From a virus: a stretch of DNA of 37,836 nucleotides. Location: UHGV virus genome UHGV-0166071. One strand, written 5' to 3'. Under the pieces are notes generated by a model. That model was not told the DNA's origin and searched no databases. It saw only the letters and a list, made by a program, of their open reading frames with translations. Position 1 is the stretch's first letter. Each line of letters opens with the position of its first letter. Below, in pieces: positions 8,470-17,582 of the stretch. Both the position numbers and the translations under genes were made by a program.

Positions 8470-8751
8470 ATGGGTACTATTGCAACTAAAAGCAAGAAAG
8501 CGGCTCGCATCGAGTCAGCCTTGCTGAACAAACTGGCACTGATGGGGCAGAAGACATTCGCTCGAGCGATGGGGGTTCCTGAATATCAGGTAAGCCGATG
8601 GAAGAATGGTTTCTTCTCGCAGGTAAGCATGATGCTGGCTGTTCTGGAATACGGAATCGAAGACGATGAAATGGCTGAGCTGACTAAGCGGCTTGCCAAT
8701 TACCTGACAAAAGAAAAAGCCCCGAAGAACGGCGAATTCTTCGAGGCCTGA
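8470..8751 (+). CDS. cII: CII-like transcriptional activator (93 aa)
   Basis: ..ARIESALLNKLALMGQKTFARAMGV..QVSRWK..SMMLAVLEYG.. parallels lambda CII (RIESALLNKIAMLG..SRWKRDW..SMLLAVLEWG). Confidence 0.8.
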   Translation: MGTIATKSKKAARIESALLNKLALMGQKTFARAMGVPEYQVSRWKNGFFSQVSMMLAVLEYGIEDDEMAELTKRLANYLTKEKAPKNGEFFEA

Positions 8752-8933
8752 TGTAGAAAGACTGGATCAATCCACAGGAGTCATTATGACAAAACGTCGT
8801 AAGAAATACCAGGAAAAAGAAGAGATTCGACACCCTGATTCACCTGAGTGATTAGTGGTAGCCGCAGCAAATAACAGGGCGTTCGCAGAGCGCCTTGTTG
8901 GTGTTTACAGACTAGCCAAAGCAGGAGTGAAAC

Positions 8934-9755
8934 ATGGGCGTCGTTAAGTTAGCTGATTACAGGCCTCAACTGGAGGTCGTGGAGCATCGCGTGGCAGATA
9001 CCGAAGATGGTTTCATGCGCGTTGCTAACGAGATTACCGACAGTCTGCTGATGGCTGATTTAACCGTCCGGCAGTTGAAGGTGATGCTCGCTATCATGCG
9101 CAAGACATACGGATTCAATAAGCCGATGGATCGACTCACAAACACGCAGATAGCAGCCATGACAGGTATTCATCACACTCATGTTTGCGCTGCCAAGCGC
9201 CAGCTTATCGAGCGTAAATTCCTCATTGCTGATGGCGTGAAAATCGGAGTGAACAAGGTGGTTTCTCAGTGGATTAGCCAGGACAGCTTAACATTAGCTA
9301 AAACAGCTAATAAAACATTAGCCAAGTCGGCTAATGGGTATAAGCCAAGTCAGCTAAACACAAAAGACAATATACAAAAGACAATAAATACAAATACCCC
9401 CTTACCCCCTAACGGGGGTGGCGATGGGCAGGTTAAACCTGAACGTCGCAAGGCAGAACGAATTGACTACGAATCCTTCCTGAACGCCTACAACACCGAA
9501 GTCGGTGACAGACTGCCACACGCTGTTGCGGTCAACGAGAAACGCAAACGCCGCCTGAAGAAAATCATCCCGCAACTGAAAACGCCAAATGTGGACGGTT
9601 TCAGAGCGTATGTCAGGGCGTTTGTGCATCAGGCCAAGCCGTTTTACTTCGGAGACAACGACACGGGCTGGACGGCTGATTTTGATTACCTGCTGAGGGA
9701 AGACTCGTTAACGGGAGTTCGGGAAGGGAAGTTTGCAGACAGGGGGATTGCATGA
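8934..9755 (+). CDS. replication initiator, lambda O-like (273 aa)
   Basis: Position after cII; N-terminal O-like region; internal iteron array plus AT-rich tract (9291-9400) as in ori-lambda. Confidence 0.75.
   Translation: MGVVKLADYRPQLEVVEHRVADTEDGFMRVANEITDSLLMADLTVRQLKVMLAIMRKTYGFNKPMDRLTNTQIAAMTGIHHTHVCAAKRQLIERKFLIADGVKIGVNKVVSQWISQDSLTLAKTANKTLAKSANGYKPSQLNTKDNIQKTINTNTPLPPNGGGDGQVKPERRKAERIDYESFLNAYNTEVGDRLPHAVAVNEKRKRRLKKIIPQLKTPNVDGFRAYVRAFVHQAKPFYFGDNDTGWTADFDYLLREDSLTGVREGKFADRGIA
9291..9400 (+). repeat. putative origin: iteron-like repeats and A-rich tract inside the O-like gene
   Basis: Reiterated TTAGCTAA/AGCCAAGTC units (ttagctaaaacagctaataaaacattagccaagtcggctaatgggtataagccaagtcagctaaa) followed by acaaaagacaatatacaaaagacaataaatacaaata and a GC-rich palindrome (cccccttaccccctaacggggg). 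Confidence 0.55.
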
Positions 9756-11128
9756 GACAGGATATCGAAGCGAGCGTTATCGGTGGCCTGCTGATTGGTG
9801 GATTAACTCCAACCGCCAGTGACGTTCTGGCAACGCTGGAGCCGGAAGCGTTTTCAATTCCGCTCTACCGGAAAGCCTTCGAGGTTATCCGCAAGCAGGC
9901 GAGAAACAGAAACCTAATCGATGCGCTGATGGTTGCCGAGGCGTGCGGAGAGGAGCATTTCACGTCAATCCTGATGACCAGCAAAAACTGCCCGAGTGCC
10001 GCAAACCTGAAGGGATATGCCGGAATGGTCGCGGATAACTATCACCGCCGTCTGGTGCTGGAAATCATGGATGAAATGCGTGAACTAATTCAGAGCGGAA
10101 CCATCGACGCATCGAGTCAGGCGATGGATGAACTTGTAAAGCGTCTTTCAGCCATCAGAAAGCCCCGTGACGAAGTTAAACCTGTACGGTTAGGGGAAAT
10201 CATCACTGACTACACTGACACGCTTGACAGGCGTCTGAGGAACGGAGAAGAGTCAGATACCCTGAAGACCGGAATCGAAGAACTTGACGCCATCACCGGA
10301 GGGATGAACGCAGAAGACCTGGTGATAATCGCTGCTCGTCCTGGTATGGGGAAAACCGAGCTGGCGCTGAAGATTGCCGAAGGCGTTGCAAGCCGCGTTA
10401 TTCCTGGTTCTGACGTCCGGCGCGGAGTGTTGATTTTCTCGATGGAAATGAGCGCATTGCAGATTGCAGAGCGAAGCATTGCCAACGCCGGGAGGATGTC
10501 GGTTAGCGTGCTGCGAAATCCTGCATCGATGGATGACGAAGGCTGGGCGCGCGTTGCTAACGGCATGAGTCAGCTTGCAGATTTGGATGTATGGGTAGTC
10601 GATGCCTCGCGGTTATCGGTCGAAGAAATACGCTCAATCGCAGAGCGGCACAAACAGGAAAATCCAAACCTGTCACTCATCATGGTGGATTATCTTGGCC
10701 TGATTGAGAAGCCGAAAGCAGACCGCAACGACCTCGCAATTGCTCACATCTCAGGAAGCCTGAAGGCGATGGCGAAAGACCTGAAAACGCCTGTTATCTC
10801 CCTAAGTCAGCTTTCGCGCGATGTTGAGAAGCGACCAAACAAACGCCCGACAAACGCAGATTTGCGTGATTCAGGAAGCATTGAACAGGACGCAGACTCA
10901 ATCATCATGCTCTATCGGGAAGCGGTATATGACGAGAACAGTAGCGCCGCGCCATTTGCTGAAATCATCGTGACGAAAAACCGTTTTGGCTCGCTTGGTA
11001 CGGTTTACCAGAGGTTCTGCAACGGACACTTTGTGGCATGTGACCAGGATGAAGCCAGACAGATTTGCACAGCATCAAATGCACCTGCTGCGCGTGGCAG
11101 ACGATATGCACAAGGGGCTGACGTATGA
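9752..11128 (+). CDS. replicative DNA helicase, DnaB-like (458 aa)
   Basis: Walker [16 protein letters not shown], DnaB-like N-terminal domain, C-terminal ..[21 protein letters not shown]..; replaces lambda P; start overlaps the O-like stop. Confidence 0.9.
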   Translation: MRQDIEASVIGGLLIGGLTPTASDVLATLEPEAFSIPLYRKAFEVIRKQARNRNLIDALMVAEACGEEHFTSILMTSKNCPSAANLKGYAGMVADNYHRRLVLEIMDEMRELIQSGTIDASSQAMDELVKRLSAIRKPRDEVKPVRLGEIITDYTDTLDRRLRNGEESDTLKTGIEELDAITGGMNAEDLVIIAARPGMGKTELALKIAEGVASRVIPGSDVRRGVLIFSMEMSALQIAERSIANAGRMSVSVLRNPASMDDEGWARVANGMSQLADLDVWVVDASRLSVEEIRSIAERHKQENPNLSLIMVDYLGLIEKPKADRNDLAIAHISGSLKAMAKDLKTPVISLSQLSRDVEKRPNKRPTNADLRDSGSIEQDADSIIMLYREAVYDENSSAAPFAEIIVTKNRFGSLGTVYQRFCNGHFVACDQDEARQICTASNAPAARGRRYAQGADV

Positions 11129-11153
11129 CCATCTACATCACTGAGCTTGTAAC

Positions 11154-11182
11154 AGGCCTGCTGGTAATCGCAGGCCTTTTTA
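11154..11182 (+). terminator. intrinsic terminator (tR2-like position)
   Basis: AGGCCTGC-tggtaatc-GCAGGCCT followed by TTTTTATTT, between the helicase and ninB. Confidence 0.65.
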
Positions 11183-11201
11183 TTTGGGGGAGAGGGAAGT
11201 C

Positions 11202-11642
11202 ATGAAAAAAATAACCTTTGAAATTCGATCTCCGGCACATCAGCAAAACGCTATTCACGCGGTACAGCAAATTCTTCCAGACCCAACCAAACCAATCGTA
11301 GTAACCATTCAGGAACGCAACCGCAGCTTAGACCAGAATCGAAAGCTTTGGGCTTGCCTTGGTGACGTCTCTCGTCAGGTTGAATGGCATGGTCGCTGGC
11401 TGGATGCAGAAAGCTGGAAGTGTGTGTTTACCGCAGCATTAAAGCAGCAGGACGTTGTTCCTAACCTTGCCGGGAATGGCTTTGTGGTAATAGGCCAGTC
11501 AACCAGCAGGATGCGTGTAAGCGAATTTGCGGAGCTATTAGAGCTTATACAGGCATTCGGTACAGAGCGTGGCGTTAAGTGGTCAGACGAAGCGCGACTA
11601 GCTCTCGAATGGAAAGCGCGATGGGGAGATCGGGCTGCATGA
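11202..11642 (+). CDS. ninB: NinB recombination protein
   Basis: MKKITFEIRSPAHQQNAIHAVQQILPDPTKPIVVTIQERNRSLDQNRKLWACLGDV.. matches lambda NinB; ATG at 11202 preferred over the track start at 11184 because of the GAGGGAAG RBS and the terminator T-tract. Confidence 0.85.
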   Translation: MKKITFEIRSPAHQQNAIHAVQQILPDPTKPIVVTIQERNRSLDQNRKLWACLGDVSRQVEWHGRWLDAESWKCVFTAALKQQDVVPNLAGNGFVVIGQSTSRMRVSEFAELLELIQAFGTERGVKWSDEARLALEWKARWGDRAA

Positions 11643-12166
11643 CTATCAAATCAAATACGCCAGCACACGACAAGGACTGCTGGCAAACGCCGCTTTGGCT
11701 TTTTGATGCACTGGATATTGAGTTTGGATTCTGGCTGGATTCGGCAGCGAGCGACAAAAATGCTCTGTGCGCTCACTGGTTAACTGAGGCCGACGACGCG
11801 CTAAATTCTGAGTGGATAAGCCACGGTGCAATCTGGAATAACCCACCGTACAGCAATATCAGGCCGTGGGTGGAAAAAGCCGCTGAGCAGTGCATACAAC
11901 AGCGACAGACGGTAGTTATGCTTGTGCCAGAGGATATGTCAGTCGGATGGTTCAGCAAGGCTCTGGAGAGTGTCGACGAAGTTCGCATTATCACTGATGG
12001 ACGGATTAATTTTATCGAACCATCGACGGGGCTGGAGAAGAAGGGAAACAGCAAAGGCTCAATGCTGCTGATTTGGCGACCGTTCATCAGTCCTCGACGG
12101 ATGTTTACTACCGTATCCAAATCGGCATTGATGGCGATCGGGCAGGGCGCCAGGAGGGCGGCATGA
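11639..12166 (+). CDS. DNA N6-adenine methyltransferase (phage Dam-like), about 175 aa
   Basis: NPPY catalytic motif ([10 protein letters not shown]); start ATG overlaps the ninB stop (ATGA); the track ORF begins upstream inside ninB. Confidence 0.75.
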   Translation: MTIKSNTPAHDKDCWQTPLWLFDALDIEFGFWLDSAASDKNALCAHWLTEADDALNSEWISHGAIWNNPPYSNIRPWVEKAAEQCIQQRQTVVMLVPEDMSVGWFSKALESVDEVRIITDGRINFIEPSTGLEKKGNSKGSMLLIWRPFISPRRMFTTVSKSALMAIGQGARRAA

Positions 12167-12345
12167 GACGACAGCGACGAAGTATCACCGACATAATCTG
12201 CGAAAACTGCAAATACCTTCCAACGAAACGCTCCAGAAATAAACGCAAGCCAATCCCAAAAGAATCTGACGTAAAAACCTTCAACTACACGGCTCACCTG
12301 TGGGATATCCGGTGGCTTAGAGAACGTGCGAGGAAAACAAGGTGA
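12163..12345 (+). CDS. ninE: NinE-like protein (60 aa)
   Basis: [60 protein letters not shown] matches lambda NinE; ATGA overlap with the methyltransferase stop. Confidence 0.8.
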   Translation: MRRQRRSITDIICENCKYLPTKRSRNKRKPIPKESDVKTFNYTAHLWDIRWLRERARKTR

Positions 12346-12512
12346 TTGACCAAAATCGAAGTTACGAACAAGGAAGTGTCGAGCGAGCTTTAACGTGCGC
12401 TAATTGCGGTCAGAAGCTGCATGTGCTGGAAGTTCACGTGTGTGAGCACTGCTGCGCAGAACTGATGAGCGATCCGAATAGCTCGATGCACGAGGAAGAA
12501 GACGATGGCTAA
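12342..12512 (+). CDS. ninF: NinF-like protein (56 aa, GTG start)
   Basis: Own translation from GTG 12342: (M)[55 protein letters not shown], matching lambda NinF; absent from the track (non-ATG start, under 60 aa). Confidence 0.6.
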   Translation: MIDQNRSYEQGSVERALTCANCGQKLHVLEVHVCEHCCAELMSDPNSSMHEEEDDG

Positions 12513-13116
12513 ACCAGCGCGAAGACGATGTAAAAACGATGAATGTCGGGAATGGTTTCACCCTGCATTCGCCAATCAGTGGTGGTGCTCTCCAGAGTGT
12601 GGAACCAAGATAGCACTCGAACGACGAAGCAAAGAACGCGAAAAAGCGGAAAAGGCAGCAGAGAAGAAACGACGACGAGAGGAGCAGAAACAGAAAGATA
12701 AACTTAAGATTCGAAAACTCGCCTTAAAGCCCCGCAGTTACTGGATTAAACAAGCCCAACAAGCCGTAAACGCCTTCATCAGAGAAAGAGACCGCGACTT
12801 ACCATGTATCTCGTGCGGAACGTTCACGTCTGCTCAGTGGGATGCCGGGCATTACCGGACAACTGCTGCGGCGCCTCAACTCCGATTTGATGAACGCAAT
12901 ATTCACAAGCAATGCGTGGTGTGCAACCAGCACAAAAGCGGAAATCTCGTTCCGTATCGCGTCGAACTGATTAACCGCATCGGGCAGGAAGCAGTAGACG
13001 AAATCGAATCAAACCATAACCGCCATCGCTGGACTGTCGAAGAGTGCAGGGCCATCAAGGCGGAGTATCAACAGAAACTTAAAAAACTGCGAAACAGCAG
13101 AAGTGAGGCTGCATGA
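12505..13116 (+). CDS. ninG: NinG (Rap) recombination endonuclease-like, 203 aa
   Basis: [38 protein letters not shown].. matches lambda NinG. Confidence 0.9.
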   Translation: MAKPARRRCKNDECREWFHPAFANQWWCSPECGTKIALERRSKEREKAEKAAEKKRRREEQKQKDKLKIRKLALKPRSYWIKQAQQAVNAFIRERDRDLPCISCGTFTSAQWDAGHYRTTAAAPQLRFDERNIHKQCVVCNQHKSGNLVPYRVELINRIGQEAVDEIESNHNRHRWTVEECRAIKAEYQQKLKKLRNSRSEAA

Positions 13117-13778
13117 ATATCTACGAAAGAATTGATGGCAGCAAATACCGAAATATTTGGGTAGTTGGCGATCTGCACGGATGCTACACGAACCTGATGA
13201 ACAAACTGGATACGATTGGATTCGACAACAAAAAAGACCTGCTTATCTCGGTGGGCGATTTGGTTGATCGTGGTGCAGAGAACGTTGAATGCCTGGAATT
13301 AATCACATTCCCCTGGTTCAGAGCTGTACGTGGAAACCATGAGCAAATGATGATTGATGGCTTATCAGAGCGTGGAAACGTTAATCACTGGCTGCTTAAT
13401 GGCGGTGGCTGGTTCTTTAATCTCGATTACGACAAAGAGACTCTGGCTAAAGTTCTTGCCCATAAAGCAGATGAACTTCCGTTAATCATCGAATTGGTGA
13501 GCAAAGATAAAAAATATGTCATTTGCCACGCCGATTATCCTTGTTACGAATACGAATTTGGAAAGCCAGTTGATCATCAGCAGGTAATCTGGAACCGCGA
13601 ACGAATCAGCAACTCACAAGACGGGATCGTAAAAGAAATCAAAGGAGCGGACACGTTCATCTTTGGTCATACGCCAGCAGTGAAACCACTCAAGTTTGCC
13701 AACCAGATGTATATCGATACTGGGGCAGTGTTCTGCGGAAATCTCACATTGATTCAGGTACAGGGAGAAGGCGCATGA
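13113..13778 (+). CDS. ninI: NinI serine/threonine protein phosphatase (221 aa)
   Basis: Calcineurin-like motifs GDLHG, GDLVDRG, GNHE matching lambda phosphatase; no ninH-sized ORF lies between ninG and ninI. Confidence 0.9.
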   Translation: MNIYERIDGSKYRNIWVVGDLHGCYTNLMNKLDTIGFDNKKDLLISVGDLVDRGAENVECLELITFPWFRAVRGNHEQMMIDGLSERGNVNHWLLNGGGWFFNLDYDKETLAKVLAHKADELPLIIELVSKDKKYVICHADYPCYEYEFGKPVDHQQVIWNRERISNSQDGIVKEIKGADTFIFGHTPAVKPLKFANQMYIDTGAVFCGNLTLIQVQGEGA

Positions 13779-14398
13779 GACTCGAAAGCGTAGCTAAATT
13801 TCATTCGCCAAAAAGCCCGATGATGAGCGACTCACCACGGGCCACGGCTTCTGACTCTCTTTCCGGTACTGATGTGATGGCTGCTATGGGGATGGCGCAA
13901 TCACAAGCCGGATTCGGAATGGCTGCATTCTGTGGTAAGCACGAACTCAGCCAGAATGACAAACAAAAGGCTATCAACTATCTGATGCAATTTGCACACA
14001 AGGTATCGGGGAAATACCGTGGTGTGGCAAAGCTCGAAGGAAATACTAAGGCAAAGGTACTGCAAGTGCTCGCAACATTCGCTTATGCGGATTATTGCCG
14101 TAGTGCCGCGACGCCGGGCGCAAGATGCAGAGATTGCCACGGAACAGGTCGGGCAGTTGATATAGCAAAAACAGAGCAGTGGGGGAGAGTTATCGAGAAA
14201 GAGTGCGGAAGATGCAAAGGTGTCGGCTATTCAAGAATGCCAGCAAGCGCCGCATATCGCGCTGTAACGATGCTAATCCCAAACCTTACTCAACCCACCT
14301 GGTCACGCACTGTTAAGCCGCTGTATGACGCTCTGGTGGTGCAATGCCACAAAGAAGAGTCAATCGCAGACAACATTTTGAATGCGGTCACACGTTAG
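13775..14398 (+). CDS. Q: Q late-gene antiterminator (207 aa)
   Basis: Essentially lambda Q ([31 protein letters not shown]...NILNAVTR). Confidence 0.95.
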   Translation: MRLESVAKFHSPKSPMMSDSPRATASDSLSGTDVMAAMGMAQSQAGFGMAAFCGKHELSQNDKQKAINYLMQFAHKVSGKYRGVAKLEGNTKAKVLQVLATFAYADYCRSAATPGARCRDCHGTGRAVDIAKTEQWGRVIEKECGRCKGVGYSRMPASAAYRAVTMLIPNLTQPTWSRTVKPLYDALVVQCHKEESIADNILNAVTR

Positions 14399-14440
14399 CA
14401 GCATGATTGCCACGGATGGCAACATATTAACGGCATGATA

Positions 14441-14469
14441 TTGACTTATTGAATAAAGTTGGGTAAATT
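14441..14469 (+). promoter_or_regulatory. pR' late promoter with overlapping qut region
   Basis: TTGACT-17nt-TAAATT (ttgacttattgaataaagttgggtaaatt), matching lambda pR' as recalled, about 45 nt after Q. Confidence 0.7.
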
Positions 14470-14504
14470 TGACCCAACGATGGATAAATGCACTCGTTAA
14501 ATAA

Positions 14505-14535
14505 AGCCCTGAGTTAATAGCTCGGGGCTTTTGCG
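14505..14535 (+). terminator. tR'-like intrinsic terminator
   Basis: 9-bp stem AGCCCTGAG/CTCGGGGCT (one G-U pair) with 7-nt loop, then TTTTGCGTTTG; about 30 nt downstream of the predicted pR' start. Confidence 0.55.
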
Positions 14536-14539
14536 TTTG

Positions 14540-14607
14540 CACAACAGGTAAGAGCATTCTCCCTTATGGGGCTTTGCTTAAATGCACCGAGTGCTCTTAT
14601 CGTTGTG
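14540..14607 (+). repeat. hairpin module copy 1
   Basis: CACAACAGGTAAGAGCA (14540-14556) and TGCTCTTATCGTTGTG (14592-14607) form a long imperfect inverted repeat around a 35-nt loop. Confidence 0.55.
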
Positions 14608-14954
14608 GCAGCACAACGATAGTTTTCGTCAGAGTTAGCGACTTTGCGGTTTTTTAGAAACTGACCACAAAGATAAATGCAAACGATGATTTGATGTTGA
14701 TGGCGGCCTAAGAAACCAAAATCACTGGGTCTTCCGACTCCCAGCTACCAAATTCGGCGCACTGGCCCGGTGTGATTAATAATGGGCACCCATTCAAATG
14801 TACCCTCGGCAGGTTCGATTCCTGACTAGACCCAGATGGCGACGGGGAGGGTCCAATTGAGTGGGTAACAACGGGCATGTCGCCTTAGTAAATCCCTCAA
14901 GGGTGCGACGCATAGACCGTACTAGCGTCGCCGTCAGCTCCACGAAACGGAGCG

Positions 14955-15042
14955 CATAACAGGTAAGAGCATTTGTAGAGTTCGACTCTCTGCCGTGGGC
15001 TTTTTCCCGCGATGCGAGCCATAAATGCTCTTTCCGTTGTGC
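14955..15042 (+). repeat. hairpin module copy 2
   Basis: CATAACAGGTAAGAGCATTT (14955-14974) and AAATGCTCTTTCCGTTGTGC (15023-15042); the right arm and downstream leader match the lambda late leader as recalled. Confidence 0.55.
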
Positions 15043-15240
15043 TGAATTAAGCGAATGCCGGAAGCAGAACCGGATCACCAAATGCGTACAGGAGTCATCG
15101 CCTCCCAGCAACAGCACAACCAAAACTGAGCCGTAGCCACTGGCTATCCTGAACTCATCAGTGATAGTTATGCTGCGGCCTTCTTTTTCTCCCTTCCCAA
15201 TATAAGAACTACGCAATCCGTTACTGGCGGAGGCGTTGCT

Positions 15241-15456
15241 ATGAAATCAATGGACAAAATCTCAACTGGCATTGCCTACGGAACATCTGCTGGTAGTGCA
15301 GGATACTGGTTTTTGCAGTGGTTGGATCAGGTCAGTCCGTCACAGTGGGCTGCGATTGGAGTGCTTGGAAGCCTTGTGTTGGGTTTTCTCACTTATCTGA
15401 CAAATCTGTATTTCAAAATCAGAGAAGACAGACGAAAGGCTGCGAGAGGTGAATGA
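15241..15456 (+). CDS. S: class II pinholin S21 (71 aa) with dual-start motif
   Basis: [71 protein letters not shown] matches phage 21 S as recalled; Met1 and Met4 give antiholin/holin starts. Confidence 0.9.
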   Translation: MKSMDKISTGIAYGTSAGSAGYWFLQWLDQVSPSQWAAIGVLGSLVLGFLTYLTNLYFKIREDRRKAARGE

Positions 15457-15953
15457 TGCCTCCATCATTACGAAAAGCCGTTGCTGCTGCTATTGGTGGC
15501 GGGGCTATTGCCATAGCATCTGTGTTAATCACTGGTCCGAGTGGTGACGATGGCCTGGAAGGTGTCAGCTACACACCATACAAAGATATTGTTGGTGTAT
15601 GGACCGTATGTCACGGGCATACAGGAAAAGACATCATGCTCGGTAAAACGTATACCGAAGCAGAATGCAAAGCCCTCCTGAATAAAGACCTTGCCACGGT
15701 CGCCAGACAAATTAACCCGTACATCAAAGTCGATATACCGGAAACAACGCGCGGCGCTCTTTACTCGTTCGTTTACAACGTGGGCGCTGGCAATTTCAGA
15801 ACATCGACGCTTCTTCGCAAAATCAACCAGGGTGATATCAAAGGTGCATGTGATCAGCTACGTCGCTGGACATACGCTGGCGGTAAGCAATGGAAAGGGC
15901 TGATGACTCGTCGTGAGATTGAGCGTGAAGTCTGTTTGTGGGGGCAACAATGA
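15453..15953 (+). CDS. R: SAR endolysin (lysozyme-type), R21-like
   Basis: N-terminal Gly/Ala-rich signal-anchor-release segment ([20 protein letters not shown]) followed by a lysozyme-like domain; overlaps the S stop. Confidence 0.88.
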   Translation: MMPPSLRKAVAAAIGGGAIAIASVLITGPSGDDGLEGVSYTPYKDIVGVWTVCHGHTGKDIMLGKTYTEAECKALLNKDLATVARQINPYIKVDIPETTRGALYSFVYNVGAGNFRTSTLLRKINQGDIKGACDQLRRWTYAGGKQWKGLMTRREIEREVCLWGQQ

Positions 15954-16041
15954 GCATGATTTGCTTTTTCATGGCAGCGTTGCTCGCATTCAATGGCAAC
16001 GATGCGTGGCCGTGGTTTCTGGCCGTTGGAGTGTTGATGTC

Positions 16042-16503
16042 ATGAGTCGGTTAACCGCGATTATCTCCGCTCTGGTCATCTGCATCATCGTCTGCCTGTC
16101 ATTGGCTGTTAATCATTACCGTGATAACGCAATCGCCTACAAAGAGCAGCGCGATAACAAGGCCAGTGAACTGGAGAAGGCGAACGCCACCATTACTGAC
16201 ATGCAGCAACGCCAGCGTGATGCTGATGCACTCGATGCTAAATACACCGGAGAACTAGCTGATGCGAAAAAGCAGCTTGATGATCTGCAGCGTTGTGTTC
16301 GCACTGGCAAGTGTGGGCTGCACTTCAATGCCCGATGTCCAGCGAGCGGAAAGACCGGCACCGGCAGCTTGGGCGATGCTTCCAGCCCCGGACTTACTGA
16401 CTCCGCTGAACGGGATTATTTCACCCTCAGAGAGCGAATCGTCACAGTGACGAAGCAGGTCGGCTACTTGCAGGACTACATCAAAGAGCAGTGTTCAAAT
16501 TAG
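16042..16503 (+). CDS. Rz: Rz inner-membrane spanin (153 aa)
   Basis: [38 protein letters not shown].. matches lambda Rz; internal ATG chosen over the track start at 15913, which overlaps the endolysin gene. Confidence 0.8.
   Translation: MSRLTAIISALVICIIVCLSLAVNHYRDNAIAYKEQRDNKASELEKANATITDMQQRQRDADALDAKYTGELADAKKQLDDLQRCVRTGKCGLHFNARCPASGKTGTGSLGDASSPGLTDSAERDYFTLRERIVTVTKQVGYLQDYIKEQCSN
16262..16450 (+). CDS. Rz1: Rz1 outer-membrane lipoprotein spanin, nested in Rz in the +1 frame
   Basis: Lipobox-like ALASVGC, Pro-rich segment and ..[11 protein letters not shown] motif as in lambda Rz1; entirely embedded in Rz. Confidence 0.8.
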   Translation: MRKSSLMICSVVFALASVGCTSMPDVQRAERPAPAAWAMLPAPDLLTPLNGIISPSESESSQ

Positions 16504-16561
16504 TGTTAATGAAGAATTTTAAGGGTAATATTATCTCTATTTCTCAGGATGGAGGTAATTT

Positions 16562-16969
16562 ATGCAGACCGATCTGGAATACTTGAAGGGAATGTTAGGG
16601 GTCTTTATTAAGGCTGGCGGACCATTGATATCAGCTAATGACCTTAAAAAAGCTGGATACGAAATAAGCAGCGATAAAGGACTCTTTCATTACTACCAAT
16701 TGATTGAGAGAGGTTATATTAGTAACCATTTTCTAGAAATAGGCGATCCTAAGAAATTAGGACTTACTATTGGGCTTAATGAAATCCGTGAATGGCCAGC
16801 CAATGTAAGACTCACGTCATCAGGCCAAGAGTTTGCAGAAACCCTTCAACAAAAGGCTGTTTTTGAGAAGCTAAAAACAATTAGCGATCAACCATTATCG
16901 GTATTGAAAGATGTTGGTGTAGAGCTTCTAAAATCCTACGCAAAAAAGAAATTTGGTCTTTCAGATTAA
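16562..16969 (+). CDS. hypothetical protein (135 aa), AT-rich cargo gene
   Basis: ORF with lower GC than its neighbours; between the lysis cassette and terminase; no confident family. Confidence 0.55.
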   Translation: MQTDLEYLKGMLGVFIKAGGPLISANDLKKAGYEISSDKGLFHYYQLIERGYISNHFLEIGDPKKLGLTIGLNEIREWPANVRLTSSGQEFAETLQQKAVFEKLKTISDQPLSVLKDVGVELLKSYAKKKFGLSD

Positions 16970-16990
16970 CTGCCTATGGGCGGTTTTTAT
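16970..16990 (+). terminator. possible weak intrinsic terminator
   Basis: CTGCC-tatg-GGCGG followed by TTTTTATT directly after the stop of the 135-aa gene. Confidence 0.4.
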
Positions 16991-17083
16991 TGCCATTACG
17001 ATGATTCTCCCCATCGTGATGGCAGTATCCCCTACAGAGGATAATTAACCATATATCCCCACAAGCGGATAAAGAGGCTCTCA

Positions 17084-17197
17084 ATGTCCGACATCTACCA
17101 AACCCAAACAGGCGAAACCTTTACGGGCAAGACGTCACGACGTCAGCCTGAGCTGGTTAATGGCTTTATGCAGCTGGCTACCGAGACGGGCGAGTAA
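17084..17197 (+). CDS. putative small protein (37 aa)
   Basis: Own translation MSDIYQTQTGETFTGKTSRRQPELVNGFMQLATETGE; AAGAGG Shine-Dalgarno 7 nt upstream; below the track length cutoff. Confidence 0.3.
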   Translation: MSDIYQTQTGETFTGKTSRRQPELVNGFMQLATETGE

Positions 17198-17285
17198 ATA
17201 ACTCCATTAGGAGAATGTGGAACCATTACACTTTGAGCCGTTAACTGATATTGATAAAGGTAAATAATATCTTGGTTAAGGTTTT

Positions 17286-17558
17286 CTAATAGCCAGCCAT
17301 TTGCAAAATCACAGTTGCAGCAGCAGCGAAAGCTGCATATGAGTTATATTTAGACTGTAACCGCGCAGTTAAGAAAAATTCGTGAAGATCTACATTTTTT
17401 TTGGGATCATCAAATGTAATTGCTACAACGGTGCTTCTACCTGTTTTGACTTTGGCTGTTGCTGATTTGATCCATAACCCAGCCGATAAAAACCCAAAGA
17501 AAATCGATAGTGCATGATGGTCAATTAACCAGTTTTTAATTAGTAATAAATCACTCAT
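17286..17558 (-). CDS. hypothetical membrane protein (90 aa from MSDLLL..), antisense to the late operon
   Basis: Hydrophobic segments (LSIFFGFLSAGLWI; AAFAAAATVILQMAGY); AT-rich; the track start at 17603 would overlap the terminase small-subunit start. Confidence 0.4.
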   Translation of the reverse strand: MSDLLLIKNWLIDHHALSIFFGFLSAGLWIKSATAKVKTGRSTVVAITFDDPKKNVDLHEFFLTARLQSKYNSYAAFAAAATVILQMAGY

Positions 17559-17582
17559 TTTCAATCCAATTGAGACTTTGTC

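Noticed and set aside
11125-11205. 26-codon hydrophobic ORF ([26 protein letters not shown]) overlapping the helicase stop
   Set aside because: It coincides exactly with the tR2-like terminator hairpin and T-tract; the hydrophobic reading is probably a consequence of the GC stem and U-run rather than a gene.
14805-14829. tRNA-like T-arm (GCAGG-TTCGATT-CCTGA) suggesting a tRNA gene as in Stx-phage late regions
   Set aside because: No acceptor-stem partner for the 3' side and no D or anticodon arm could be assembled within 70-95 nt by eye; the nearest partial complement gives a roughly 107-nt span with mismatches. It may be a decayed remnant; tRNAscan-SE would decide.
14794-15216. 140-aa minus-strand ORF between Q and S
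   Set aside because: It runs antisense across the late leader, which is noncoding in lambda as I recall it; the predicted protein is R/S/T/G-rich low complexity and there is no RBS context. Treated as spurious.
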